A DNA stretch of 41,287 bases from an uncultured Clostridia bacterium (GCA_964482715.1 CAYZYX010000012.1:1-41287); one strand, 5' to 3'. Shown: positions 18,527 through 29,130, counted from the stretch's first letter. The notes: generated from the letters alone by a model not told the origin. Translations and numbers: made by a program.

Positions 18527-18934
18527 TTAATCGGATAAAACTCTGGTTATATAATTTATGGGTATGTACTTTTCCCCAACCTTTAGATAACAGTTCCCTT
18601 CTTCCCAGCAAACTTCACTAACCTTACCTCTAATTTCCTCTCCTGTTAATGGATTGATCCCTTCTACCTGATGACCGATAAGTTGACTTCCCTGTAAGAG
18701 GAGTTGAGCCTGAAGCAAACTGTTCACCCCGGAGTTAAGATTATTAAGTTGCTCCAGAGAGCTAAATTGAGCAAGTTGAGTAACAAAATCCCGATTACTC
18801 ATAGGTTCTGTGGGATCTTGATGGCTAAGTTCAGCAACGAGTAACTTGAGAAACATATCCTTATCAAGGAAATTTGAAGTATTCGATAATTTCTCGGAAG
18901 AGGAACCTTCATTTGATAATGGTTGAATCATCAT
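18527..18934 (-). CDS. flgD: Hook capping protein FlgD
   Basis: FLKLLVAELSHQDPTEPM, QLAQFSSLEQL; ATG behind GGAGG. Confidence 0.94.
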   Translation of the reverse strand: MMIQPLSNEGSSSEKLSNTSNFLDKDMFLKLLVAELSHQDPTEPMSNRDFVTQLAQFSSLEQLNNLNSGVNSLLQAQLLLQGSQLIGHQVEGINPLTGEEIRGKVSEVCWEEGNCYLKVGEKYIPINYITRVLSD

Positions 18935-18949
18935 CGGGAAATTCACCTC

Positions 18950-20983
18950 CTAAACCAGAAAATTTATATAGCGAGAGTAAAGATTAATTGGCTCATCTTC
19001 ATTTTCCTCTCTTTCAGAGTAAAAGTTGGTGTCAATTGATATCCCTGCAGATTTAAAGCTTTTCCATGCACCTTTGTGCTGGTGAGAGGGAGAAAAGTCT
19101 TCCTCATAACCCACACTAAACTCCTTGAGAAATATACCTTCTCTTTCCAGGGTCTGTTTGAGGTAATGAATATTATCCTGGAGTAATTGACCTGTCCTGT
19201 TCTCAGATACCTGGATCTGGAGAACCAGGGTATTTCTTTCCATTTTAAGGTTAACATGGATGTTTCCAAAATCCTCTGATCTCAACAGGAACCTGGCCTG
19301 GTTTTGATTTCTGACCCTGGCAAGTTCTATTTGATTCAAAATCTGGTCTATTAGCTCAGAAGCTCTGACCGCTGGGAGTGGAGAATGGTTTTCTGCCGTT
19401 TCTCTAAAGGCTGAATTTTCATGAGGACTGGATAGAAAAATCTCCTTTTCTGGATTAGAAACATTCATCCTGATGTCAGACTTTGAATTGGTCCGGGTAG
19501 TTTTTTCTGGAGCATAGAGAACTTCATTTCTAATTTTTTCTTTTCCTTCTGGTAGATCAGATGTTCCCTTAAACTGAACGGTTTCTTTGCTTCCAGGGGT
19601 CAGTGAAAGCCTCTGGAAATTTATTTTTTCTTGTTTCTGTAAGAAAGTCTTTATTTTTTCATCCAGCAGTAAGAATTCATCTTTCACAGAAGAAGAGGTC
19701 CTGTCAGAAGATTTCTCTGGAAGCACTTTCTCTTTATAGAGGGGAATCTCCTCTGGAGAAGATCTGTCAAAGATGGTTTTCAGTTTCTCTCCCTCTATGA
19801 GATCAGATTTCTCTTGAAGCCAGAAGGTTTCCCATCTATTAGAGGAAGGTGAAAATCTGGAAAAAATTACTTTTTCCTTCACCAAATTGTTCACCTTCTT
19901 GTTTATGAGTGGATGTTCGTCTTCCAAAACTAAAGAGGTTGTGTCTGAAGATTTTGACAATTCTTCTGATGGAATAATCTTTTCCTCAAAGGATAAGATT
20001 TTTTCTGGTGATGCTTTTTCGAAGATAAGTTCAGAGTCTTCTTTTATGTTGTTCAGATTATATGTCAGACTATCTGGAAGGGCTTCGGTTTTTCCGGAAG
20101 TGACTACCGCCCTGTTTCCAATTTTACTTTCTCCCTCTTTCAGAAAAACCCTTACCTTTTCCTGCGAAGACGAGGGTTTATCTTCCAGCCTGAGGGAAAC
20201 TTTCTCCTTGATGGGTTTTTCTGTTTGATTGACATTTTTCTTTAAAAGAAAAACTTTCTTCAGGGGTTTATCTTTAAGGATAGCTGCAGGNNNNNNNNNN
20301 NNNNNNNNNNNNNNNNNNNNNNNNNNNNNNNNNNNNNNNNNNNNNNNNNNNNNNNNNNNNNNNNNNNNNNNNNNNNNNNNNNNNNNNNNNAATGTTTTAT
20401 TAAGCTCATGATTTTCTTTTTTCTCAGGAGAGGATAATAATTTATGAATGACTTTAGTTTCTCTCTCTTTAAAAGTAGCCTTTACCTTTTCTTCTTGAGG
20501 TAAAAGTTTATTTTCCAGCCTGAAAGAAATTTTCTCTCCGGCAACTTTTCCTGTCAGGAATACCTTTTTATCAGAAGGAAAAATCGTCTTCAAGATTAAT
20601 TTTTCTTTTTTCTTTAGAACATTTATCCTGTCAGGCTGCAGGGACTCTTTCTTCCTGGAAGTAGGTGAAAGATCCTGAAAAACTCTTTTTTCTCCTTCCT
20701 TCGGTGAGCTTATTTTATTGAGAAAATTAACAATCAATAAATAGAGGTCCTCTTTATAAAATTGCTTCCCTCTGTTTTTTAATCCAGAATTTTTCCTCAG
20801 ATCCGGTTTGCACATTTTACCGGCTTTTAAATTTTTCACTTTTTTCTCAGCATCCCGTACTGCAAGTTTAAGACAGCTTTCAAAGCCAACCTTTTTTTCT
20901 TTGATTGAAGCTCGCCTTATTCTTTTCCCTTTACCCAAAAGGTTAAATCCTGAAACTTCACCTATGTTTACATTTTTCATCAT
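18950..20983 (-). CDS. fliK: Hook-length control protein FliK (contains an assembly gap; true length uncertain)
   Basis: Low-complexity N-terminal region, C-terminal T3S4-like LRSEDFGNIHVNL...LKQTLEREGI, directly upstream of flgD. Confidence 0.8.
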   Translation of the reverse strand: MMKNVNIGEVSGFNLLGKGKRIRRASIKEKKVGFESCLKLAVRDAEKKVKNLKAGKMCKPDLRKNSGLKNRGKQFYKEDLYLLIVNFLNKISSPKEGEKRVFQDLSPTSRKKESLQPDRINVLKKKEKLILKTIFPSDKKVFLTGKVAGEKISFRLENKLLPQEEKVKATFKERETKVIHKLLSSPEKKENHELNKTXXXXXXXXXXXXXXXXXXXXXXXXXXXXXXXXXXPAAILKDKPLKKVFLLKKNVNQTEKPIKEKVSLRLEDKPSSSQEKVRVFLKEGESKIGNRAVVTSGKTEALPDSLTYNLNNIKEDSELIFEKASPEKILSFEEKIIPSEELSKSSDTTSLVLEDEHPLINKKVNNLVKEKVIFSRFSPSSNRWETFWLQEKSDLIEGEKLKTIFDRSSPEEIPLYKEKVLPEKSSDRTSSSVKDEFLLLDEKIKTFLQKQEKINFQRLSLTPGSKETVQFKGTSDLPEGKEKIRNEVLYAPEKTTRTNSKSDIRMNVSNPEKEIFLSSPHENSAFRETAENHSPLPAVRASELIDQILNQIELARVRNQNQARFLLRSEDFGNIHVNLKMERNTLVLQIQVSENRTGQLLQDNIHYLKQTLEREGIFLKEFSVGYEEDFSPSHQHKGAWKSFKSAGISIDTNFYSEREENEDEPINLYSRYINFLV
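20291..20390. other. Assembly gap (100 N)
   Basis: N run within fliK. Confidence 0.98.
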
Positions 20984-21567
20984 TTATTTTTCTCCGGAAA
21001 CTTCTCTCCTAATTTTTGAGCCAGTTTAACCGCATTTTCGGTCTTCATCGCCTCAATTACTCTACCCACCTGACGCTGATCCATCCTGGATAAAATCTCA
21101 AGAGCAAGTTCACCGTCCAGTTTCTCAATAATGGGAGCAACTTCCTCCGGTCGCATTTTCTCATAAACCTGAGCCAGCCACTTAATCCTGTTATCTCTCT
21201 CAGCCGCGCTTTTTTCCAGATAATCTTCTATTTCATTTTTCAATGCGAGAAGTTCATCGGCTTTTTCTCTGAGTTCTTTTTCCTGCAGGAGAAGGTGCTC
21301 TTCCATTCGGGCCAGTTCTTGTTCTCTTTCCAGGATCATTTCCTTTTTCCTTTCAATTTCCTCAAGAGCCTTGATTATTTGCTCCTCTTCGGGCAAAATC
21401 TCACTTTTTACTGAAGATGATGAATCAGAGGACCCTCCTTTATTAAAAAAAGGCAAAAACTTTTGCATCAAAACTTCTACCTTGTCCTTTTGTAAAAGCC
21501 CCTTTCTGAACATCATCAAACCGGTGAAACATATAAAGATTGCCAGAATTATGGCCACTTTTTTCAT
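20980..21567 (-). CDS. MotE/YlxF/FlbB-like membrane-anchored protein (MgtE_N-like C-terminus)
   Basis: N-terminal TM, coiled coil, LAQVYEKMRPEEVAPII...ILSRMDQRQVGRVIEAM; between fliJ and fliK. Confidence 0.82.
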   Translation of the reverse strand: MKKVAIILAIFICFTGLMMFRKGLLQKDKVEVLMQKFLPFFNKGGSSDSSSSVKSEILPEEEQIIKALEEIERKKEMILEREQELARMEEHLLLQEKELREKADELLALKNEIEDYLEKSAAERDNRIKWLAQVYEKMRPEEVAPIIEKLDGELALEILSRMDQRQVGRVIEAMKTENAVKLAQKLGEKFPEKNK

Positions 21568-21581
21568 GGATTCTTTGCTGG

Positions 21582-22034
21582 TTAAGGTTTGGTTTTGTTT
21601 TTAAATCTGGCAATAGCACTTTCATCAAGGATCTGCTGCTCAAGTTTTCCTCTCTGGTAAACAAAATCAGCCCATCTTCTTTCCCTCAACTTTTCAACTG
21701 CTTTTCTTTCCTGACCGGCCTGGATAAGGGCTTCCTGCAATTTCCCTCTTTTTTCTGATATTTTCCTGATTTTTTTTCTCTGCTCATCAGCCTGACGAAT
21801 CAATTTCTCCAGATAAGAGTAAAGATAAGTAATCCAGCACATTTTAATATCCTCTTGTTGTTTCTTTTCCCTCAGTTTTTCCCTGTAAAGATTAATCTTT
21901 TCCTCCAGTTCTCGTAGGACACTTTTTTCCCGTTCTTCCCGGGCAATCACCTCTGCCAGCTCTCGCTTCAATCTGTCCTCTTTTTTCTTTCTGTAATCCA
22001 GAAGAAACTGAAGAGGAAAAGAAAATTTCTTCAT
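21582..22034 (-). CDS. fliJ: Flagellar export protein FliJ
   Basis: KFSFPLQFLLDYR, ERKAVEKLRE, EQQILDE; follows fliI. Confidence 0.92.
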   Translation of the reverse strand: MKKFSFPLQFLLDYRKKKEDRLKRELAEVIAREEREKSVLRELEEKINLYREKLREKKQQEDIKMCWITYLYSYLEKLIRQADEQRKKIRKISEKRGKLQEALIQAGQERKAVEKLRERRWADFVYQRGKLEQQILDESAIARFKNKTKP

Positions 22035-23344
22035 TTTTCTTCACTGAAAATCTCCCTGAGCCGGGAAACTGACTCTTCAATTGGTGTAAATTCTTCAAGG
22101 TCCTGCTGCAGATAATCTTTGATCTTACCAATAACCCTCAAGGCATAATCAATTTCAGGATTGCTTCCTTTAACGTAAGCCCCTATGTTGATCAGATCTT
22201 CTGCTTCTTGATAAACAGCCAGAGTTTTTTTCAGTTTTGTTGCAAGCTTTTTATGTTCAGGTGAAACTATATCTACCATCAATCTGCTCACACTGTTTAA
22301 AACATCAATAGCCGGGTAATGTCCTTTGGAGGCCAAATTTCGGGAAAGAACAATGTGTCCATCAAGAATTGACCTGACAGTGTCTGCAACCGGTTCATTC
22401 ATATCATCAGCCTCCACCAGAACAGTGTAAAGTCCTGTGATACTTCCCTTTACAAAACAACCTGCTCTTTCCAGTAATCTTGGTAAAAGCGAATAAACCG
22501 ATGGCGGATAGGCCCTGGTGGCTGGGGGTTCACCAATGGCAATACCTATTTCTCGCTGAGCCATGGCAAAACGAGTTACCGAATCCATCATTAAAAGAAC
22601 ATCCAGCCCCTGATCACGGAAGTATTCAGCTATCGTGGTAGCCAGAAAAGCTCCCTTTACCCTGAGCAGGGGTAACTGGTCAGAGGTAACTGCTACCACC
22701 ACGGATTTTTTTAACCCCTTTTCTCCCAGAATTTTATTGATAAAATCCTGAACCTCCCTCCCCCTTTCTCCTATAAGAGCAATGACATTTACGTCGGCTT
22801 TAGCAAAGCGTGCGATCCTTCCCAGAAGAAAACTCTTTCCTACCCCACTCCCGGCAAATATACCTATCCTCTGACCTTTCCCAACAGTTAAAACTCCATC
22901 TATAGCTCTGATTCCTGTTTCCAGTGGATTTCTTATTTCTTTTCTTTCCAGCGGTGAGGGAGGTAGATGATAAATGGATCTTCTGTCTTTCAGCCTTATA
23001 CTCCTTTTTCCATCCATTGGCTGTCCCAATCCATTTATTACTCTTCCCAGAAGCTCTTCTCCCACTTCTATACTTAAAGGGTGACCGGCAGCTCTTACAA
23101 CATTTCCCACCCTTATTCCCTGAACCTCCTCAACAGGCATGAGAAGAAGCCTCTCTTCCCGGAAACCAACCACCTCTGTCCTGATACATCTTGTTTTGGA
23201 AGGATAAATGTAACATAACTCACCCAGCGAAGCTGAAGGCCCCTGAGATTCAATAACCGAACCAACAACTTTAACAACTTTCCCTTCTGTGGTGATAGGG
23301 TCTATCTTCTCTATTAACTGAAGATAAGAGGAGTTGACATTCAT
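22031..23344 (-). CDS. fliI: Flagellar export ATPase FliI
   Basis: AGSGVGKS, GERGREV, MDSVTRFAMAQRE, ILDGHIVL. Confidence 0.97.
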   Translation of the reverse strand: MNVNSSYLQLIEKIDPITTEGKVVKVVGSVIESQGPSASLGELCYIYPSKTRCIRTEVVGFREERLLLMPVEEVQGIRVGNVVRAAGHPLSIEVGEELLGRVINGLGQPMDGKRSIRLKDRRSIYHLPPSPLERKEIRNPLETGIRAIDGVLTVGKGQRIGIFAGSGVGKSFLLGRIARFAKADVNVIALIGERGREVQDFINKILGEKGLKKSVVVAVTSDQLPLLRVKGAFLATTIAEYFRDQGLDVLLMMDSVTRFAMAQREIGIAIGEPPATRAYPPSVYSLLPRLLERAGCFVKGSITGLYTVLVEADDMNEPVADTVRSILDGHIVLSRNLASKGHYPAIDVLNSVSRLMVDIVSPEHKKLATKLKKTLAVYQEAEDLINIGAYVKGSNPEIDYALRVIGKIKDYLQQDLEEFTPIEESVSRLREIFSEEK

Positions 23345-23985
23345 TTTTCCTCTCCCAGTAAAGCTTTACCTAACCGTTCCAGCTGGCTTTCTATAGTGGC
23401 GTTTATAACTCCTTTTTCTGTCTCCACCATGCATCCACCTGGCAAAATATCCTCATCCTTTTCAAACCTTATATTTTTCTTTTGTTTCCCACCTCTGATT
23501 GAAAAATCCAGCTTTTTATCAATAGTTTTTAGCTTCTCCCAGTCCTGTGGATTCATCCTGACCACTACCTGTTCACAATCAGAATCTGTGGCACGTTGAA
23601 TCGCCTCCCGGACTATTTTTTCAACAATTTTGATATCTAAACTTATCTCTTTTCTTATTATCCTTTGTGCCATGGCTGTTGCTATGGCAATAAGCTCTTT
23701 CTCTTTCTCCCGGAAAAAGTCTCTCTTTCCCCTTTCCAGCATATCAACTGCTTTTTTCAAAGATGTTTTTAAAGTCAGAACACTCCTTTCTCCTTCCCTC
23801 TTTCCATCTTCATAACCTTTATTGTAAAAATACTGCTTGATTTTTTCCATTTCCCTTTCTATATTTTTATTTTCACTGCTCTGACTTTTTCTTATCTCAG
23901 CTTCATTACTTCCAATTTTTTCTGAGCTATTATCTTTCCTCAGGTAAACATACTTTAAGGGCAAAGGCAGTTGGATTTTAAACAA
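23341..23985 (-). CDS. fliH: Flagellar assembly protein FliH
   Basis: GYEDGKREG, VRMNPQD, PGGCMVETEKG. Confidence 0.9.
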   Translation of the reverse strand: MFKIQLPLPLKYVYLRKDNSSEKIGSNEAEIRKSQSSENKNIEREMEKIKQYFYNKGYEDGKREGERSVLTLKTSLKKAVDMLERGKRDFFREKEKELIAIATAMAQRIIRKEISLDIKIVEKIVREAIQRATDSDCEQVVVRMNPQDWEKLKTIDKKLDFSIRGGKQKKNIRFEKDEDILPGGCMVETEKGVINATIESQLERLGKALLGEEK

Positions 23986-25012
23986 TCAATTCCTCCTCTC
24001 TGCCGGTTTCAATGATTATTTCTCCTTTTTCTCCCAGTTCTCTGAATATATTGGCAATCTTCCTCTGAACCGCTTCCACTTCTTTCACCCTCACAGGTCC
24101 CATCAGTTCCATTTCTTCTTTCATCGTGGCTGCGGCCCGGGAGGACATGTTTTTAAAGAATTTCTCTCTAAGCCTGCTGTCAGCTCCTTTTAAAGCCAGG
24201 GCTAAATCCTTGGTATCAATTTCTCTTAAAGCCCTCTGAACATATTTATCAGCAATTGAGAGAATATCCTCAAACACAAACATCATCTGTTTAACTTCTT
24301 GAGCCAGCTCGGCATTTTTCGTTTCCAGATGTTGCAGAATTGAATTCTGTGCGTCTTTATCCATCAAATTAAGAATTTCAGCGACAGTCCGGGTTCCTCC
24401 AACTACCTGCAATTTTTCCTGAGAAGCGATGGTGGAGAATTCCCTTCTTAAAGCTCTATCTATTTCCCTTAATACCTCGGGGGATATTTCTCCAATATTA
24501 ATTATTCTAAGAGTGACATCTGTTTGAAGCTCCTCCGGTAAAGAGGAAAGAATAAAGGAGGCCTTTTCAGGTTTCAGATAAGAGAGTATCAGGGCAATTG
24601 TTTGAGGGTGTTCGGATTTAACGAAATTCAGCAGATGTTGAAGATCAACCTTCTCCAGAAAATCGAAAAATGACTCACTATCTTCATCCTTCTCAACCTG
24701 CTCTCCGAGATCCTCTCTTACATTTAACGCTTTATGATTTCCAAGAGCACGTGTGAGAATTTCTTGAGCATACTCCTTTCCTCCCTGTCTTATGTAATTT
24801 GATGTTAAACTCATTTCGTAAAACTCCTTCCACACCTCCCTGACCAGTTCAGGGGAAACTTTTTCCCAGTTAGCTATCTCTTCCATCAAAATCTCAATTT
24901 CTTCCTTACTCAATCCCTGTAGAACTTTAGCTGCTCTTTCTTTATCCAGACTTATCAGTAATATGGCTGCCTTTTGCCTGCCAGTTAGTTTTATCTCTTT
25001 ACGCTCTTCCAT
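23978..25012 (-). CDS. fliG: Motor switch protein FliG
   Basis: QKAAILL, EHPQTIALILS, MFVFED, NMSSRAA. Confidence 0.97.
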   Translation of the reverse strand: MEERKEIKLTGRQKAAILLISLDKERAAKVLQGLSKEEIEILMEEIANWEKVSPELVREVWKEFYEMSLTSNYIRQGGKEYAQEILTRALGNHKALNVREDLGEQVEKDEDSESFFDFLEKVDLQHLLNFVKSEHPQTIALILSYLKPEKASFILSSLPEELQTDVTLRIINIGEISPEVLREIDRALRREFSTIASQEKLQVVGGTRTVAEILNLMDKDAQNSILQHLETKNAELAQEVKQMMFVFEDILSIADKYVQRALREIDTKDLALALKGADSRLREKFFKNMSSRAAATMKEEMELMGPVRVKEVEAVQRKIANIFRELGEKGEIIIETGREEELIV

Positions 25013-26555
25013 GGTTGGTAATCCATATTTTAATTATTTGAGCCACCTTCTGTGGCTCACTATCGGCCAGCTCAAAAACACGTTCCCTTAACCACTTTTC
25101 GTCTTCCACTGGTAGAATCTTTCCAGTTTTCTCCGCACCGGGAATAATCTCTCCTCTTACCTGTCCACTCAAAATCTTAATAACCTGCCTCAATGAAAAA
25201 AGAAGAATTAAACTAATAGTTGCTACCACAATATACTTACCTAAATGTCTCATCAATTCCAATAAGGGAATCCCGCCCAATCCGGTCTCCTCCAGCCGGA
25301 AAGAGGTATCAAAGGGGACATTGGTCACAGTCACGGTATCTCCTCTTGATTCATCATAACCCACTGCTTGCTTAACCATTGAGGTTAACTTCTCTATTTC
25401 ATCATTGGAAAGAGGGATATATTCCATCTTTCCTTCTGGTGTTTTTTTGTAGGTCCCATCTACAGCAACAGCAACCGAGATTCTCTCAATATTACCAACC
25501 CCCTCCACAATTTGCTCCACTTTTTTGTTTATGGCATACTGCACACTTGTCTCTTCCCTTGTTTCCTTACCGGGATTTCCCGATGTGAGAAGGGTTCCCT
25601 GTCCAAGATTGGTTTTTGCTCCAGGAGAGCCACCTATCGGTGTTTCGGTTTTTTCCGAACTTTCTTCACGTCTTATCTCACTTAAAACAACTCTGCTTTC
25701 GGGGTCATAGTATTCCTCTGTTCTTGTTATCTGGTCAAAGTTAAGTCTGGCATCAACTTTAACCACTACTCTGTCAGGGCCAAGCACAGAGGATAAAAGT
25801 GTCCGGACTTTACCGGCAAGATACTCTTCCACCTGCTTTTTTGTGTCTATTTGATTTGCCGTAAGATAAACAGGAGAAGAAGTCTCTTCTCCTCCAAAAA
25901 GGACCTCACCTTTTTGATTTACAACAGTTACATTTTCTAATTCCAGATCACTCACACTTCCACTGATTAACTTGGCAATTCCCAGAACCTGGTCCTTCCT
26001 TAGGTATCTTCCCTGTTTCAATAAAACTACCACTGATGCCCGGGGTTTTGACTTTTCACCTATAAAGGGAGATTCTTCTGGAAGAACCAGATGAACTCTT
26101 GCCCTCTGGATCTCTTCTAAACTTTCAATTGTTCGAGCCAGCTCTCCCTGGAGAGCTCTCTGGTAATTTATTCTTTCCATAAAATTGGTCATTCCAATAA
26201 GACCTGTATTATCAAAAATTTCAAATCCCATCTGTCCTCCCCTGGGAATCCCCTCCATGGCTAAATTGATTCTTGTTTCGTAAACCTGTGAAGTCGGGAC
26301 GAGGATAGTTCTACCACCATCTTTCAATTTATAAGGGATCTTCTGCTCCTTTAGCTTATCTATAATCTGACCCGCATCTTCAAAAGAAAGACCAGAGTAA
26401 AGAAGAGAGTATTCAGGACGTGTAGCCCAGCTTATAAAAAAACAAAGAGCAACAACGAAAGTTCCCAGGCTTAATATGAAAGCTACTTTTTGTTTTCTTT
26501 CCAGTTTTTGCCAGATAGCGATGACCTGTTCCCAGGTCTGTTTGAGAAAATTCAT
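24999..26555 (-). CDS. fliF: MS-ring protein FliF
   Basis: GFEIFD, YQRALQGELARTI, ARVHL, two TM segments. Confidence 0.96.
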   Translation of the reverse strand: MNFLKQTWEQVIAIWQKLERKQKVAFILSLGTFVVALCFFISWATRPEYSLLYSGLSFEDAGQIIDKLKEQKIPYKLKDGGRTILVPTSQVYETRINLAMEGIPRGGQMGFEIFDNTGLIGMTNFMERINYQRALQGELARTIESLEEIQRARVHLVLPEESPFIGEKSKPRASVVVLLKQGRYLRKDQVLGIAKLISGSVSDLELENVTVVNQKGEVLFGGEETSSPVYLTANQIDTKKQVEEYLAGKVRTLLSSVLGPDRVVVKVDARLNFDQITRTEEYYDPESRVVLSEIRREESSEKTETPIGGSPGAKTNLGQGTLLTSGNPGKETREETSVQYAINKKVEQIVEGVGNIERISVAVAVDGTYKKTPEGKMEYIPLSNDEIEKLTSMVKQAVGYDESRGDTVTVTNVPFDTSFRLEETGLGGIPLLELMRHLGKYIVVATISLILLFSLRQVIKILSGQVRGEIIPGAEKTGKILPVEDEKWLRERVFELADSEPQKVAQIIKIWITNHGRA

Positions 26556-26587
26556 TTTTAAATCCCGAGCCTGCAGGATTTTTTAAC

Positions 26588-26896
26588 TTAAATCTGGATA
26601 TGCATGATCTCTTTATAAGCTTCTATCAACTTGTTTCTTATCTCCATCATTAGCTGGAAGGCAATGTTGGCCTCTTCAGCAGCCATCATAACCTGATGGA
26701 TGTCCCCTATTTCTCCACTTATTAGCTTTTGAATTGCCTCATCAGCATTTTTTTCCAGCTTACCTACTTTCTCAATTAGACCCGTAAGCACCTTTTGAAA
26801 GGATATTTCCTTTTTATCGAAGCTAATATGCCCTTTAAATCCGGCTTTTTCTCCTTCAGAGGGAAAAAGAGGAGAAATAGGACTTTTTTCTATCAT
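26588..26896 (-). CDS. fliE: Basal-body protein FliE
   Basis: DIHQVMMA, EIRNKLIEAYKEIM. Confidence 0.95.
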   Translation of the reverse strand: MIEKSPISPLFPSEGEKAGFKGHISFDKKEISFQKVLTGLIEKVGKLEKNADEAIQKLISGEIGDIHQVMMAAEEANIAFQLMMEIRNKLIEAYKEIMHIQI

Positions 26897-27306
26897 AATC
26901 TCCTCCCTATCTCCAGAGCTTTACGAGCCATGTCCTGGGCGTATTTAAAAGCTGTAAGGTTAGCTTCATAAGCTCTGGTAGATGCTATCATATCAATCAT
27001 CTCCAGGGCAATATCCACATTGGGCATAGCTACAAAACCCTGGTTATCAGCATCAGGATGTGATGGGTCATAAATCATCTTGAGAGGTGACGGATCAGGA
27101 AAAATACCCACCACTTCCACCTGTCCCTTCATTTTCTCGTCCAGACAGGTGGCAAAAATAACCTCCTTTCTTCTGTAGGGTCCACCCTGGGCACTTCTTG
27201 TGACCCGGGAATTAGCAATATTGCTGGCAATAACATTCAGGCGGACTCTCTCTGCGCTCATACCGGAAGCACTGATTTCCATAGCTGAAAAAAGTGAACT
27301 ATCCAT
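26893..27306 (-). CDS. flgC: Rod protein FlgC
   Basis: ISASGMSAERVR, SNIAN, YDPSHPDA, RAYEAN. Confidence 0.97.
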   Translation of the reverse strand: MDSSLFSAMEISASGMSAERVRLNVIASNIANSRVTRSAQGGPYRRKEVIFATCLDEKMKGQVEVVGIFPDPSPLKMIYDPSHPDADNQGFVAMPNVDIALEMIDMIASTRAYEANLTAFKYAQDMARKALEIGRRL

Positions 27307-27327
27307 CTTATTCCCTCCCGGGACAAA

Positions 27328-27696
27328 TTATCTCCCTCTAATGGCCATTTTAAGCTTCTCCAGTTTTTTGTTTAAAAGTTGAACATAGAGATTGTATCTC
27401 AAAGTATTCATGGAAAGTTTAACTATCTCTTTTTCAATGTTCACATTGTTAAGATCTTCTCGTAAATTTGACGTATAATCTATTCTTATTTCGGGAGTCA
27501 ATTTCTGCAGTTTTTCACGGGTTAAATTTTGGTTTAAGAGATTTCTGAGTTTTTCCTCAAAAATAACCCTCCTGGTTTTAAATCCGGGAGTATCCACATT
27601 GGCGATGTTGGTGGCTATAACCCTATGGCGAAGAAGACACACATCAAGCATCCTGGCAAGCAGCTCAAAGGTTAAATCTCCCTTTAACCACTGCAT
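27328..27696 (-). CDS. flgB: Rod protein FlgB
   Basis: RHRVIATNIANVDTPGFK, NNVNIEKE. Confidence 0.95.
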   Translation of the reverse strand: MQWLKGDLTFELLARMLDVCLLRHRVIATNIANVDTPGFKTRRVIFEEKLRNLLNQNLTREKLQKLTPEIRIDYTSNLREDLNNVNIEKEIVKLSMNTLRYNLYVQLLNKKLEKLKMAIRGR

Positions 27697-27718
27697 TTCT
27701 CACTCCTTTTTCCTGAAT

Positions 27719-27734
27719 TGCAAAGATTTGACCT
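27719..27734 (-). promoter_or_regulatory. Sigma54-type -24/-12 promoter of the flgB operon
   Basis: Minus strand AGGTCAAATCTTTGCA: GG-N10-GC with TTGCA, just upstream of the AGGAG RBS. Confidence 0.65.
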
Positions 27735-27786
27735 TTTTTAAAATGCCGACTAAAAACCATTGTTTCTTTTACCGGGAAAAATATTC

Positions 27787-29130
27787 CTACCTTAGCCCGT
27801 ATTTTTTTACCTTGTTACGAATGGTCCTCACACTAACACCCAGAATTTCGGCAGCTTGAGTTCGGTTGCCTCTTACTTTATCCAGAGTTTGCTGAATGAG
27901 TCTTTTTTCCATCTCTTCCAGAGTGATGTTCTCCAGAGAAAAAGATGGCTGGTTTTTGGTGACTTTATTTAAAAACAAATCTTCAGGTTGCAGGTAATTT
28001 TTTTCACTTATCACCATTGCACGCTGGATGGCATTTTCCAGTTCCCTTACATTTCCGGGCCAGTGATACTCTTTCATGGCTTTAAGACAATCAGGAGATA
28101 CTCCTTCAACTCTCTTTTTCACCCGGGGAGCGTATTTTTTAAGAAAATGTTCCACCAGCAGGGGTATATCCTCTTTTCTTTCCCTTAGAGGAGGCAGGTA
28201 AATTGGAATTACATTTAACCTGTAGTAAAGATCTTCCCTTAATTTCCCCTTTTCCACAGCTTCTTTGGGGTCAACGTTGGTGGTGGCTATTACTCTTACA
28301 TCCACTTTTATTGTTTTTGTTCCCCCTACCCTCTCAAACTCCTCCTCCTGCAGAACTCTGAGGAGTTTAGCCTGAAAATTCTGTGAGGTTTCGCTAATTT
28401 CATCCAGCAAAATCGTTCCAGTATGAGCCAGTTCAAATCTCCCCTCTTTTCTCTCCACTGCTCCTGTAAAAGCCCCTTTTTCATAGCCAAAAAGTTCACT
28501 TTCCAGAAGGTCTTCTGGTAGTGCCGCACAGTTCACCTTAACAAAGGGTCTTTTTTTTCTGGGACTTGAATAATGAATCGCTCTTGCCACCAGCTCCTTT
28601 CCGGTTCCCGTTTCACCATAGATTAAGACCGTGCTTTTAACAGGTGCCGCCTTGGCAATCAGACCATAAACCTCTTTCATGGCAGGACTTTTACCCACCA
28701 GCTCACTTCCGGAATAGAAACTGCTCACCTCCCACTTCAAATATTGATTTTCTCTCAGAAGATCCTGGTAGCGGGATATTTTTTGAATGGTAATCTTAAT
28801 CTGATCCGGAATAATGGGTTTGGTTAAGTAGTCAGAGGCCCCCATTTTCATTGCCTTTACTGCATCATCTATACTTCCATAGGCGGTAATCACTATTACC
28901 GAAGTTGCGGGAGAAAGCTCTTTTATCTTTTTCAAAAGAGTAATTCCGTCCATCTCTGGCATTCTTACATCGGTAATCACCATATCAAAGTAGTTCTGAC
29001 GGATTTTTCGTAACGCCTGATGACCATTACTTACCGATACCACCTGATATCCGTCTTTTTCCAGAACCTCGCTTAAAAGTTCCCGAATAAGAGGTTCGTC
29101 ATCCACTATAAGAATACTCTCTACTGCCAT
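27787..29130 (-). CDS. Sigma54-dependent response regulator (FleR/FlrC/FlgR-like; REC-AAA+-HTH)
   Basis: IVDDE, ITDVRMP, GETGTGKE, GAFTGA, WPGNVREL, Fis-type HTH; start set at MAVES. Confidence 0.93.
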   Translation of the reverse strand: MAVESILIVDDEPLIRELLSEVLEKDGYQVVSVSNGHQALRKIRQNYFDMVITDVRMPEMDGITLLKKIKELSPATSVIVITAYGSIDDAVKAMKMGASDYLTKPIIPDQIKITIQKISRYQDLLRENQYLKWEVSSFYSGSELVGKSPAMKEVYGLIAKAAPVKSTVLIYGETGTGKELVARAIHYSSPRKKRPFVKVNCAALPEDLLESELFGYEKGAFTGAVERKEGRFELAHTGTILLDEISETSQNFQAKLLRVLQEEEFERVGGTKTIKVDVRVIATTNVDPKEAVEKGKLREDLYYRLNVIPIYLPPLRERKEDIPLLVEHFLKKYAPRVKKRVEGVSPDCLKAMKEYHWPGNVRELENAIQRAMVISEKNYLQPEDLFLNKVTKNQPSFSLENITLEEMEKRLIQQTLDKVRGNRTQAAEILGVSVRTIRNKVKKYGLR

